DNA from: Rhizodiscina lignyota | Taxonomy: Eukaryota | NCBI GenBank assembly: GCA_010015805.1 | Contig: ML978126.1 | Location: forward strand, 1,364,001 to 1,428,000 | Direction of reading: 5' to 3' | DNA: 64,000 nt | In this document: positions 12,724 to 23,706 of the stretch, one piece after another | Layout: the number at the start of each line of letters is the position of its first letter | How positions within the stretch are numbered: position 1 is the stretch's first letter | Translations under genes and position numbers: made by a program | Notes under the pieces: generated by a model | Seen by the model: only the letters and a program-made list of their open reading frames with translations | Told to the model about the DNA's origin: nothing | The model's database searches: none

Positions 12724-14102
12724 TTACGCAGCAGGCTGCTCCGCTGCCGGCTCCTCCTTTGGTGCCTCCTCAGTCTTTGGTGCCTCAGCCTCGCCAGACG
12801 CAGCAGGAGCTTCCTCGGCCTTGGGTGCAGCCTCACCGCCAGCCGCAGCAGCAGCTGGGTCAGCCTCGTTGCCGTCGCTGCTTGTCCAGAGAGTGAGGTT
12901 GTCGCGAAGGAGCTGCATGATGAGCGTGCTGTCGCGATAAGACTCCTCAGAGAGCGAGTCGAGCTCGGCGATCGCATCGTCGAATGCCTGCTTGGCAAGA
13001 TGGCAGGCGCGGTCGGGGGAGTTGAGGATCTCGTAGTAGAAGACGGAGAAGTTCAGGGCAAGACCAAGGCGAATAGGGTGAGTAGGAGTGAGCTCGGTCT
13101 GAGCGACATCGGTGGCAGTCTAGATGAATCTGATGAGAACGCAGAAGTTTAGTTTTGGTAAGAAACATTACCTTGTAGGCCTCGTGCGCAGCGGTAGCAG
13201 CAGTCTTGCGCTTCTCGCCAGAAGCGAACTCGGCGAGATAGCGGTGATAGTCACCCTTCCTATAATGCGATGCTACGTAAGCCGAGTGAACCGTGATAGG
13301 ATCGACTAGGAAAGATGCAGATGGACATGTAATCCTGAGTCATGAAGTGACGCACATCTTGTGGTAGAAGACCTTGCTCTCGCCCGACTCGGCCTTGGGG
13401 ATAAGGCAGTCGTCCAACACGTCGAGGACATCTTGGCAGACCTTCTCGAGCTCGGTCTCGATCTTCTGACGATAGTCGCGAATGGTGCCGACGTGCTTAT
13501 CGGAGCCCTTGCTCTCCTCCTTCTGCTCGATCGAGGAGATTATGCGCCAGGAGGCACGACGCGTGCCGACAACGTTCTTGTAGGCGACCGAGAGGAGATT
13601 GCGCTCGTCCACGGTCAACTCGCCTCCGATCTGTCATGTATTGTGAGTTATTGTGGTGTTTTGAAGGCGACAGTCGCGGGAACGGGATTCGCCGGACTGG
13701 AAAGGTGTCGCATGATGCCTTTGACGTACCTTCGCGACCTCCTATACAGGTTTTAGCGTGAGCGCAAACGTGGCATTGTGATTTCTACTACTGACCTTCA
13801 TGTACGTGACCATCTCTGGTGAGAGAAGCAACGTTAGCAAACCGCCAAGTTGTGTGAAATTGCACGTCACAACTCACCATCGTAGCGCTCAGCCTGCTCG
13901 CACAGCCGGGCGAGGAAAGTCTTGCTGTTCTGCCGTCAATGTACATGTTGTGCGTAGGCCTAGTGTATTCGCATGCATACCTCTCGCGCTGTGCAGAAGA
14001 CATCGAGTTAGCAACGGTGTTGTTTATCACGGCGTGTAGGCGTCAGAGGGGCAGCACTATCGGGGTATGCGGGGAGGGGAAAAGACTTACTTCACTCGTC
14101 AT
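12724..14102 (-). CDS. 14-3-3 protein (8 coding exons)
   Basis: Exons 14102-14091, 13988-13981, 13924-13878, 13815-13796, 13741-13730, 13630-13356, 13259-13172 and 13119-12724 splice to [55 protein letters not shown]...[14 protein letters not shown]. Confidence 0.97.
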
Positions 14103-16931
14103 GGTGAAGAGCTGATGTGCCAGACGCGCTGTCGTGGGTTTGGAAGAGGGAGTGGTGGGTGGTGTGGTGGATGAAAGGTTGAGGAAGGTGCGAGGAGTGT
14201 TGTTAGAGGCGTTGACAGTTGGGAGCGTCGACGATTCGAAGGTCGAAGAAGTGCGGCCGGGATGTTGGCCAGCTCACAAAAGGCGTGTGCGCCGCTCCGT
14301 GACTGGGCGGACTGGAGGGCAAGCAACTCACGGGGCTCAGCAGGAAATTACATCACTGATTCGGTACGTATTGCTGGTGCCCGCCGAGCCCAAGGCATGA
14401 ATTTCTTGTTTGTTTCGGATGCGCGTCCTAATGCTTTACCGCTCTGTTCTACGCGCTACCAATGGTTTGTGTTACACAGACAACCCGATGTACAGCTAGT
14501 TGGTGGGGAAGAAGCTTATTCTCAACATTCAGTCAATGAGAAAGGCGGGAGTTTTGGAGTGAATCAAGCTTATAAAATAGTCAGAGCGGGCGAATTCGAT
14601 CGGCCATGTTTCATTTCAGCGAGGGAGTGCTGCTCGGCGGCTCGTGAAAAATGCCTCGTCTCGGCGCCTAATTCAGCTGTAACCTTTCCTCTTCTAACCG
14701 CATAATCCGTAATTTACGGGCCGCTATGCTATCATGGGCCGCGTTTCAGGCCGTGGTGGGAGCGCTCGAAACAGGCGTTCCCATTCGAAGACGCCTCACT
14801 CCCTCCATCAACGTGGCAGATCCTCCCGGCGACGCATGTCATTATCCAGGTTTAGCTCAAGCAGCTTCCAAGGTATTAAGATAATGCTTCATGGACATCT
14901 TTAAGACCCGTGCCATTCCTCAACGGTTTGCAGCACTGGTTTGTGACGATCAACCTTCACTGCTTGGAAACTTGCTGCTCAGATCCTTTGTCTGCCATTG
15001 CCTTCCACTTTCCAGCTGGATTTCGTAAAAATATTAAAGAATCGTCCCTTGGTATTTTCCATTCTTCCGCTAGGTTGAAGTCTAACTATTTTCATTTCGT
15101 GTTCGTCTCTGGGTTGGGTGTGGATCATATCATCCTCCACTGACGAACTCAAGTTTGTCGATGTCGCCGTCCGAGCTAGCTCTGAATTGAAGTGTTGCGC
15201 AGATATCTGGATGCTTTTCTTCTGAACTGTCGTATAGCCGCAGCACATGGTCCTCGGACACAGCATAATGAAAGTTCATATTGGTCGTCGGGGCTGGCGC
15301 GCAACGACTCGAATGGGAGGCTATTCCTGTGCGCAAGGCTGTGAAGACGTAGATATTAGTTCTCTGTGTCTCTGACTTCCTAAGATCGTTTATGATATAC
15401 TCCGTAGTGTCGTATGCAACGTTCATCGTCTTCAACCGCTGCCTGGCACTTTTGATACGCCGAAATAAGTGGGGCAAACAAGTTTCAGGCTCAAGCTACA
15501 AGTTTTTATGCCCTAATACAGACTAGATCTACCGTAGAGGACTAGTAAGCCTTGTATTAATTAGTAAGGGATCAAAAGAGGTGACTGAGGATGTTCTACC
15601 TCAACGTAGTAGCAAATATGTCTCCGACAATGGACACATCTGTAGCCACGACTCAACCCTTTCGTCACACAAGACGGCGATGGTGTGGAGTGGTTTCCAC
15701 TGTAGGAGTGGGTACAGTAGAGTAGCGTGCATGTCATGTGCATCCATCGTCTGGCAAGGCTGGCCGCAGACAAGGGGTTCGACCGGAGAAAGACGTCTCC
15801 GCTTTCTAACCTCGTCCCATCTCGTTATTCGAGTGGCATGCACTAAATTCAATGAAATTGTACATATTTCGTGAGCGATTGCTCGTATATCTTGTTCATA
15901 ATGTGTAGAGAGCCATGCGAGGAATTAGACGAAGTGATTCCCGTCGTTGATGATCCTCTGCGAGCCCTGTAGGTGAGGAATGCTGCACCGTCAACCGATC
16001 TGTCTATGAATGAGCCTCCTGATACTGTACTCAGATAAAAGAAATACCAATGCGACCGTATCATTCCCGTCCGTTATTTACATCGTTCCGGGCCTTCGAA
16101 ATCAAAGGGAGTGTTTCCACCGGCTAAGTTCGTTGGAAGTTGGTCATGCTGAGACTTGAACCGCACTCTATCGCTCATCGAATTCGGGAGGACAAGACGC
16201 AAATCCTAGTATTGCCGGAACGTTCAGGCAGCATTTGGATATCGGACTGTAAGAGCAAGCAGTCCAGGGGTGGACTCATTGTCCTTGAAACCCAATCCAT
16301 CAGTGGTGGCTCAATCGACGGATACTCCTTGGACTGGCTTTTCATGCGATAACTTCTTGGATGATGTGCAGCGGATAGCCGTTCGAGACAATGTGACTGG
16401 CCATCGATCCCCACAAGGTCGTGAGAAGGATTTAGTTGCCGGAACCCATTCGCGAACCGGAGACGTCCCAAACGAGTGCGGCGCACGCTCTCCATCATCA
16501 GCAATGCCTGAACGAAGAGATGTTGTGTTCGTTCACAGGGTCTGTTTGGCGGTGTCAGCTCGAGCGCTACACAATCTGCGGAAGGTTTATTATACCTGTC
16601 CCTTGAATTCTGGCGATAGCCTCAAGGGATATCAGCGGCCACTGTTGCCATTCAAAAAAACATTCCCGAGGAATTTCTCCAAGATAAATCTTTAGCTGAG
16701 GTACACAGTGGTATGCGTTTAAGCCGACGCGGATGTCGAGACATTTCAACGCGTGGGTTCCTGGGGCAAACACAGTGCCTTTTACAACATGCGGAGCGGA
16801 CTCCATCACTCACCAACGCAGTCTGACCCGATTAAGGTGCATGGCGTCAAAAAAGAGATATCGCATGATTCTGGGGAAGAATGTTGAAAGAGATAGAAAG
16901 AGGGAACATAATTTTAGAAAACCAAAAAACC

Positions 16932-16955
16932 AAAAAAAAAAACCCCTCCAAAAAA
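16932..16955 (-). terminator. Oligo-dT Pol III terminator
   Basis: T6 directly follows the tRNA-like 3' end, and T11 lies a few bases further, on the minus strand. Confidence 0.55.
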
Positions 16956-17170
16956 CAACAACACCCAGGATCGAACTGGAGTCCAGTAGAGAAACAAAAA
17001 CCTAGGGGCCCGGTGGCCCCTAGTAAACCCCCCCGGTTGTCGATACTATATGGGAGTTTTCGGAGGAGTACGACGGACTGCCTCCGTAGAGTGCTAGTCC
17101 GAAGTACTAGGGAAAAGGGTTGATGGCCCCGATCGAAGTTGGAAGTGGTAAACCACTCGGCCATCCTACC
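16956..17170 (-). ncRNA. tRNA-like RNA polymerase III transcription unit with a ~145-nt structured insert
   Basis: A box TGGCCGAGTGG (17163-17153). T-arm/B box TCCAG-TTCGATC-CTGGG (16980-16964). Upstream TATATAATTAAAA. Downstream T6 and T11 tracts. Three hairpins lie between the boxes. D stem and acceptor stem pair poorly. Confidence 0.6.
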
Positions 17171-17907
17171 TTATTTGCAGAGAAAATCTTTTTTAATTAT
17201 ATACTATACGTCTTCCCGCTCAAATTCCTGGGCCCCCACCAACAAAAGAACCACACCACTAACTCGCAGCCGAGGACCATCACTTGGGGTACTTTTATGC
17301 TTCAAATTAGATTCTTTCTTGGATCTATCTATTTCCTCAATTTTATGAACATGGCTTCGCTATAGTTCTTGCTATGCTCATCAGGTGTGCCTCGCAAAAC
17401 CCTGTCATACTCAGCTCGAGATTTGCTTCAGACCTACTAGTCATCCGCAGACATGCACCGTGCACATTCAAATCTCTCTCTACTGCTTCTGCAGGCATCT
17501 ACTTCTCTTCGAAATCACATCATATATACGATATTAGCATCGAGAACCCCCGAAGGAGTGCTTTCAAATCTCGAAGCATGCCGTACTTGAAATGCAGAGA
17601 CTCATGCACAAGAATCTAAGAGTTTTACATTCGAATTTCGCTACGTTCAAAGAGACTCTTGCGGACCGTGGCGTATCTACGCATTGAACTAGAGTAGAAG
17701 CCACCTAAGGTTGCCTCCAAGGTTGGTGAGGTTCATGCACACTAGTAGTCGGCTCTATTTACTCAATTCCATCTTGACAAAATATTCCTGCCAAGCTGCG
17801 CATTCTACCATCGTCATGGTCCTTGGAACTCCGGAGCGAGAGATGCATGCAAATCGTAGGCTCGGTCGGCCAAAGAGATTAGACGTATCGTACAGCTTCG
17901 GCGCCAT

Positions 17908-18897
17908 TCACCTCTCCACCTTCTCTTCATCCTTGTCAAGTAACGCCCGCGCAGCAATGAGCTCCGCTTCGTCATAACCTTCCCATCCCTTCTCGCCAGC
18001 CGAGCCCCGTCGAACAATCTCCGCCAGCTTCGACGTCGCGATCTCATGTAGTTTCTCAACGGTCTCAACCGGTGGCGGTGGCAAGTCGCCGTCTGATGTT
18101 GCAATAGCCCCTTTTCCTCCTCTTGGCAGAGCATCCAAGAGCTTCTTTGCGGTTATTTTCAGCCCATAGTATCCACGGAGGTAGTTGTCGCAAAGCTCAA
18201 TACTCCTGCAAAATCTGCGCAGCGCGTCTGAAAGTACTTTGGCCGTGTTCCCTCGATCTGAAGATTCGGATGACGTAGCGGAAATGTATGCGATCTCGCC
18301 CAGCCGCGCGTGTATGTTCCACGCATTCGGTATTATAAGAAGCACCTCTTCTAAACTGTAGATAGCCTGCGAATACAAGCCCTGCGTGAAGTACAAGTCC
18401 GCCAATTCTGCCCAAGCCTCAGAATCTGTCGGTGACGCATCAAGAAGCTCCACTAAGGCTGCCGTCGCATCGTTCGTCTTCCCCATCGAACGCAGCAGCG
18501 CCACCCTCCGCTTGCGTATCGGCATATTGGTCGGATCCTCCTTCAGCACGGCTTCGTAACTTTGCATCACCGCACCTAGCTCTTTGTCGTTCTCCGCCAC
18601 GGCTTCCTCGTACATGCCTTGCAACGCCATGACTCGCTCATTCTTCTCGCCAAAGCGCGAGAGCAGCTCGTCCAGACATCGGCGCGCGGCCTCATTGTCG
18701 CCGGTGCGCAGGCAGGAGATGAGCAAATTCTCGTAGGTCATCCATGTTTCTTGCGTCTCGGTTGATGTGAGGAGGGAGAGGGGATATGGTAGCGATAGGC
18801 TAGAGGAGGATTGTAGGATTTGGGGAGCTTGTTGTGAGAGGTGGACGGCCGTTGAGGGTGATATCGACGGGAATGGTTGGATTAGGTCGGCCGACAT
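17908..18897 (-). CDS. EMC2: ER membrane protein complex subunit 2 (TPR)
   Basis: Intronless from MSADLIQ. TPR-like segments PTNMPIRKRRVA, DSEAWAELADLY and RFCRSIELCDNYLRGYYGLK match EMC2. Confidence 0.9.
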   Translation of the reverse strand: MSADLIQPFPSISPSTAVHLSQQAPQILQSSSSLSLPYPLSLLTSTETQETWMTYENLLISCLRTGDNEAARRCLDELLSRFGEKNERVMALQGMYEEAVAENDKELGAVMQSYEAVLKEDPTNMPIRKRRVALLRSMGKTNDATAALVELLDASPTDSEAWAELADLYFTQGLYSQAIYSLEEVLLIIPNAWNIHARLGEIAYISATSSESSDRGNTAKVLSDALRRFCRSIELCDNYLRGYYGLKITAKKLLDALPRGGKGAIATSDGDLPPPPVETVEKLHEIATSKLAEIVRRGSAGEKGWEGYDEAELIAARALLDKDEEKVER

Positions 18898-19265
18898 CGT
18901 GATCGCATCAATGGATACTCTAGTTTGCCGTAGATCGAGTGGGTCACAGATGCGAGGTAGTAGTTTGAGCTCAATGCGGACTGAAACTCGAAGCCTCTCT
19001 CCAGATGAGCTATGTATGCAAGATTGCGGGCCGGGGTTCAGCCGGAGATGGTGACGATGTGGGATGTCCACAAGAAATATCGTCAACCATGCTGCCATCA
19101 ACTTCTTGTATGCTTCCTTTCAGGACAATGGCTGCCCAGTGACCTACTCACAGCACGCCGATGTATTCTCAAGGGAGCTTAACTTGTCTACGGAAGCACC
19201 ACTTCTGGAGACCAACTACAGTACCCCTCCACTATCAGACCTCGTGAGCATCCAATACCTCCACC

Positions 19266-22200
19266 ATGTTCGAGAAATCCCTCTACGACCTCATTCGAGG
19301 TCTGCGGAACCATAAAGGCAATGAGCGACAGTACATCCAAGAGAGTATACGAGAATGTCGCAAAGAGATCCGGAGCAACGACATGGATTTGAAGGCCACG
19401 GCATGTCTGAAGCTCGTATACCTCGAGATGTTCGGCCACGATATGTCATGGGCAGCCTTCCATGTGCTGGAGGTCATGTCATCACAGAAATACATACAGA
19501 AGAGAGTGGGATACTTGGCGGCAGTACAGAGCTTCAGACCGGACACGGAGGTGCTGATGCTCGCGGAGAACTTGTTGAAGAAGGACTTGAACTCTGCAAC
19601 TCCGACGACGATATCGTTGCCCTTGCAGGCGATTCCGCATGTTATCAGTCCGTCGATGGCCAATTCATTGCTTTCGGACTTGTTGCCTAGGCTCACGCAT
19701 TCTAACCCTAATATTCGGAAGAAAACCATCGTGACGCTTTATAGGCTGGCTTTGGTTTATCCAGAGACGCTACGACCTGCATGGCCGAAGATCAAAGACC
19801 GGTTGCAGGATGAAAACGAGGATCCAAGCGTGACGTCCGCAGTTATCAATGTAGTCTGTGAATTGGGTTGGAGACGACCGCAAGACTTCTTGCCTCTCGC
19901 TCCTCGACTATTCGACTTGCTTGTTGCAAGCGGCAATAATTGGATGGGCATCAAGATCATCAAACTTTTTGCAACGCTGACGCCGCTTGAGCCCCGACTT
20001 GTCAAGAAGCTGCTGCCCCCCTTGACTAATCTCATCAAGACGACGCCGGCGATGTCACTGCTTTACGAATGTATTAATGGCATTGTGCAGGGCGGTATTC
20101 TGGAATCCGTAGAAGGGACGGCTGAAGGGGAAGAAGTGGCACGACTATGTGTTGGGAAGCTTCGGGGCATGTTGGTAGTCGAGGGTGACCCTAATCGTAA
20201 GTTGAAAGTTATTTATATTTTGTCTACGTTGCTGACGGTTTGTTCTCTAGTGAGATATGTTGCTCTTCTAGCCTTCCAGAAGATTGTTGCATCACATCCA
20301 CACCTCGTCTCTCTTCATCAGGACGTCATTCTAGAATGTATTGACGATCCTGATATCTCGATCCGTATGCGCGCGCTGGATTTGGTCGTCGGAATGGTCA
20401 ATGCCGACAACCTCGAAATGATTGTGTCTCGCTTGATGAACCAACTGGAAAGCGCACCGATCGCCTCTTCCACAGAGGATCCGGCAAATGATCGTGGTGC
20501 ATTTCATGGCATTGAACCCCAGGCGGATTCTGATGAGGACGACTTGGAGGAGACAATCCGTCCCGCTACTGAGAGGCGATCCGATCAGCCACCTCCACTT
20601 CCTGAGGACTACCGCATCAGTGTGATGAAGCAGATACTAACTCTGTGTTCTCACGAAACTTATGCGAATGTCACGGATTTCGAGTGGTACATCAATATCC
20701 TGGTCAAACTTGTTCGAGTGTGCCCACCAATAAAGCGGGATTCCTCCAGTGCGAACGGAGCTTCCACTGGATCAGCAACCCCAGACAGGCGCGACATTTC
20801 GTACGAAATCGGCGACGAGCTCTTGAATGTAGCTGTGCGGGTTCGCAGTTTGCGCGCTGACACTACAATGGCCGCCCAGTCTCTCCTGCTCATTGACCAA
20901 CGGGAGTATCTGTTCCCCACGACGGGTAACGGTGGTCAAGGCGTGCTTTCTTCTGCAGCCTGGCTAGCCGGAGAATATGCGTTCTTGCTCAGCAATCCCA
21001 GTGGTGTGTTGACATCACTCATGGATAGCTCAAGTGCCCAGCTGCCTCCTCATATTCTCGCTGTTTACATACAAGCTATTCCGAAAATCTTCTGCGCTAT
21101 TGGCTCCAACGTATCGATATCGTGGACTCCTGAAAGGCGAGCGACGATGTCGCTTCTCCTCGCGCGCATTGTATATTTCCTCGAACCGTTAGCAACACAT
21201 CCAGATCTCGAGGTCCAAGAAAGAGCGGTGGAATTTCTCGAACTCACGCGCTTAGCCGCTGAAGCAGCCTCTTCGCAAGCTGTTCCCGAGACGGACGGCG
21301 ACTATGCCGAGCCACCATTATTGCTGACTCAAGCCATCCCTTCTCTATTCAAAGACTCAGGAGCAGAGCTCAACCCAGTCGCTCCAGGCGCGCAGAAGAA
21401 AGTCCCACTCCCAGTTGAGCTCGACCTCGACACCCCGATCAACCCGCGCCTGCACGAGCTCCTCCGCCAAGCAGACTTCGACAACTCCCTCATCATCGTC
21501 GACGAGGATATCGACAACTTCTACAACGTGCGCGCCGCCGGCCCGGAGATTCGTATCGAGTCTGCGTCAGAACGTCTCGACCGCATGCAGGCTGAGTCGG
21601 AGGCGGTGTCGTATCAAGGCAGCGCGGCAGACTATTTAGATGCGGAAGTCGCGGCGAAACACAAGTCGGAGAGGAAGGAGAGGAATAAGGATGATCCGTT
21701 CTATATTGGTGATCGGAGCCGCAGTCCAGGACGGAGGAGTGGGACGAGTACGCCTCTGGGGAATATTTTGAGAGGGAGTAATGGGGAAGAGTTGGATATT
21801 GATAGCATCCCGATCATGGATTTAGATCTCACGGGAGGGAGGAGCGGGGATGTCAGTCACGATGAGGGCAATGGGAGGAGTAGACGACCCAGACGACATT
21901 TTGAGATCCTCACGGATGAGAATGTGGGAGAGGAGCATTTGTCGTCCTCGTCGAGGCCAAGGTCACGGGATCCGTCGAGACCAGATATGGAGACGAGGGC
22001 GAGCCAGAAGGGTAAGAAGGGGCTGTTGCAGGTCGATTCCAGTGGCTTGGGGTCGTTCTCGTTGGATGAGAGTGCAAGTGGGAGGGCACCGATTGACTAC
22101 GAGGCAAGAGAGGCGGAGGAGAGAGCGTTGAAGGAGGTGGAGAGGTTGAGGATGGAAATGGAAAGGGCGAGCGAGAGGGTTAAGATGAGGGATGAGGGGG

Positions 22201-22478
22201 TACCAGAGGATGGTGTGGTTGTGAAGAGGAAGAAGAAGAAGGTGAAGAAGGCTGATGCTGCTGAGGCTGAGGTGGGACGTGATATGCCAGGAGGAGAAGA
22301 GGGGCCGACAGTGAAGAAGAAAAAGAAGAAGGTGAAAAAGAAGGATACAGTTGATGAGGGTGCTGAGGGTGCTGAGGCTATGATAGCGGTGGCCGCTGAG
22401 GAAGACCCGGTTGCTAAGCCGAAGAGGAAAAAGAAGAGGGTTGTTGATCTGGGCCCATCGCCTGAGGAGGCTCAGTAG
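19266..22478 (+). CDS. APL5: AP-3 complex subunit delta (adaptin)
   Basis: N-terminus MFEKSLYDLIRGLRNH, motif KRVGYLAAVQSF, adaptin N domain and Lys-rich tail. A 54-nt in-frame intron lies at 20197-20250. Confidence 0.95.
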   Translation: MFEKSLYDLIRGLRNHKGNERQYIQESIRECRKEIRSNDMDLKATACLKLVYLEMFGHDMSWAAFHVLEVMSSQKYIQKRVGYLAAVQSFRPDTEVLMLAENLLKKDLNSATPTTISLPLQAIPHVISPSMANSLLSDLLPRLTHSNPNIRKKTIVTLYRLALVYPETLRPAWPKIKDRLQDENEDPSVTSAVINVVCELGWRRPQDFLPLAPRLFDLLVASGNNWMGIKIIKLFATLTPLEPRLVKKLLPPLTNLIKTTPAMSLLYECINGIVQGGILESVEGTAEGEEVARLCVGKLRGMLVVEGDPNRKLKVIYILSTLLTVCSLVRYVALLAFQKIVASHPHLVSLHQDVILECIDDPDISIRMRALDLVVGMVNADNLEMIVSRLMNQLESAPIASSTEDPANDRGAFHGIEPQADSDEDDLEETIRPATERRSDQPPPLPEDYRISVMKQILTLCSHETYANVTDFEWYINILVKLVRVCPPIKRDSSSANGASTGSATPDRRDISYEIGDELLNVAVRVRSLRADTTMAAQSLLLIDQREYLFPTTGNGGQGVLSSAAWLAGEYAFLLSNPSGVLTSLMDSSSAQLPPHILAVYIQAIPKIFCAIGSNVSISWTPERRATMSLLLARIVYFLEPLATHPDLEVQERAVEFLELTRLAAEAASSQAVPETDGDYAEPPLLLTQAIPSLFKDSGAELNPVAPGAQKKVPLPVELDLDTPINPRLHELLRQADFDNSLIIVDEDIDNFYNVRAAGPEIRIESASERLDRMQAESEAVSYQGSAADYLDAEVAAKHKSERKERNKDDPFYIGDRSRSPGRRSGTSTPLGNILRGSNGEELDIDSIPIMDLDLTGGRSGDVSHDEGNGRSRRPRRHFEILTDENVGEEHLSSSSRPRSRDPSRPDMETRASQKGKKGLLQVDSSGLGSFSLDESASGRAPIDYEAREAEERALKEVERLRMEMERASERVKMRDEGVPEDGVVVKRKKKKVKKADAAEAEVGRDMPGGEEGPTVKKKKKKVKKKDTVDEGAEGAEAMIAVAAEEDPVAKPKRKKKRVVDLGPSPEEAQ

Positions 22479-22895
22479 GCATATCTATTGGGATTAGAAT
22501 GGGCTGGACATTTAAAATGCATAGCGTGGAGTTTACTATGAGTGAAATGGCGGAATTGAGCGGCGTATATTCCCGTGGGCATTGAAGTTGGCAAGCAGCA
22601 GAATGCATCCAATTACCATCGCGTTTCCACACTCTCGCATGGAAAAGGCCTCTATAATAACAAGGTGCCGAAGAACGAATCTTCGTTCCAGAGCCAGTCC
22701 CGTTTGTTTAATTTCTTGCATTATCACGCTCGCACGTGCGCACGCGACTCCAAAGCTCGCGCCAAGCCATTCGCGCCAAGCTCAATGCCAAGCTCCAGCT
22801 ATAAATTACTCCCATCCCACCCCACTTCAATCCAACACTTGAACTCTCCAACTTCCAACAATTGACAACTTTCAATCGACACCAAAGTCAACAAT

Positions 22896-23706
22896 ATGCC
22901 TGGAATCACTATGGCGAACGATAGCAACACGGCGGCCGAGGAGATCACGGGCTACTCTCATCCCGTCTCGATTGAGACCGAGGGCTACTCTCATCCCATC
23001 ATCAAGGACCCTCAGCTCATCTCCGTCATGGAGTCCGCCATCAGACTCCAAAACGAAGTCTTCGGCCTCCTCGACTTTCTCGACGCACATCCCCTTCCCC
23101 AAGGCGCCCAGCACCCCGAAGACACCAAAGTCGAGATCTCGTACCGCCACACGGCGATTCACTCACACCTTGCCGAACTGCGCGGCAAGCACCGCGACGT
23201 GATGCTGCGCGTGCGCAGGGACAAGGAGGAGACGGCGAAAGCGCGCCTGGATGTCGACGTGATGCGACTTGAGCTGCAGAATCTGATCTACGAGCAAGAG
23301 ATCTTGAAGGGCGAGATCGAGGCTTGCAAGAACTATGAGTATGCCTCCCTCTATTTCCTCTCCCATATGTTTTGGTACATTATTTCTCGTAGGGTGAAAT
23401 TTGAAAGCGAGTAATAGGCACATCTATGACAAGCTACCACTCATCCCGATCGAGCAATTCCTGCAGCTGCGACCAGAGCTGGACGTTGAGGACGAGAAGA
23501 TTCTCATGATGGCGAGAATCGACCACGAGTACGCAGAGCGGCAGAAGCTGGAGGACGAGAGGCAGGCGCTGCTGAAGCAGAAGATGGAGCTGATTGCGGA
23601 GAACAACAAGCGCAAGGAGGACTTGGCAAATCTGGACAAAGATTTGGAGAAGTTTATTGAGGCGGCACAGCCCATCATGCAGACGTTTGAAAAGGAGTAT
23701 AAATAG
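22896..23706 (+). CDS. THO5: THO complex subunit 5 / FMS-interacting-protein family
   Basis: Motifs LELQNLIYEQ..L.GEI.AC, HIYDKLPLIPIEQF and MMARIDHE. Intron 23339-23417 joins the two ORFs in phase. Confidence 0.85.

Noticed and set aside
14900..16850. Short ORFs between the 14-3-3 gene and the tRNA-like unit (e.g. 15130-15477 -, 16270-16695 +) as a gene or transposon
   Set aside because: No recognisable domain, consistent splice structure, terminal repeats or RT/transposase motifs. They may be decayed coding sequence, but this cannot be supported.
16956..17170. Calling this a functional tRNA-Arg(TCG), or tRNA-Leu/Val
   Set aside because: The D stem does not pair, the acceptor stem is mostly wobble with a mismatch, and the variable region is too short. 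It is kept as a tRNA-like ncRNA instead.
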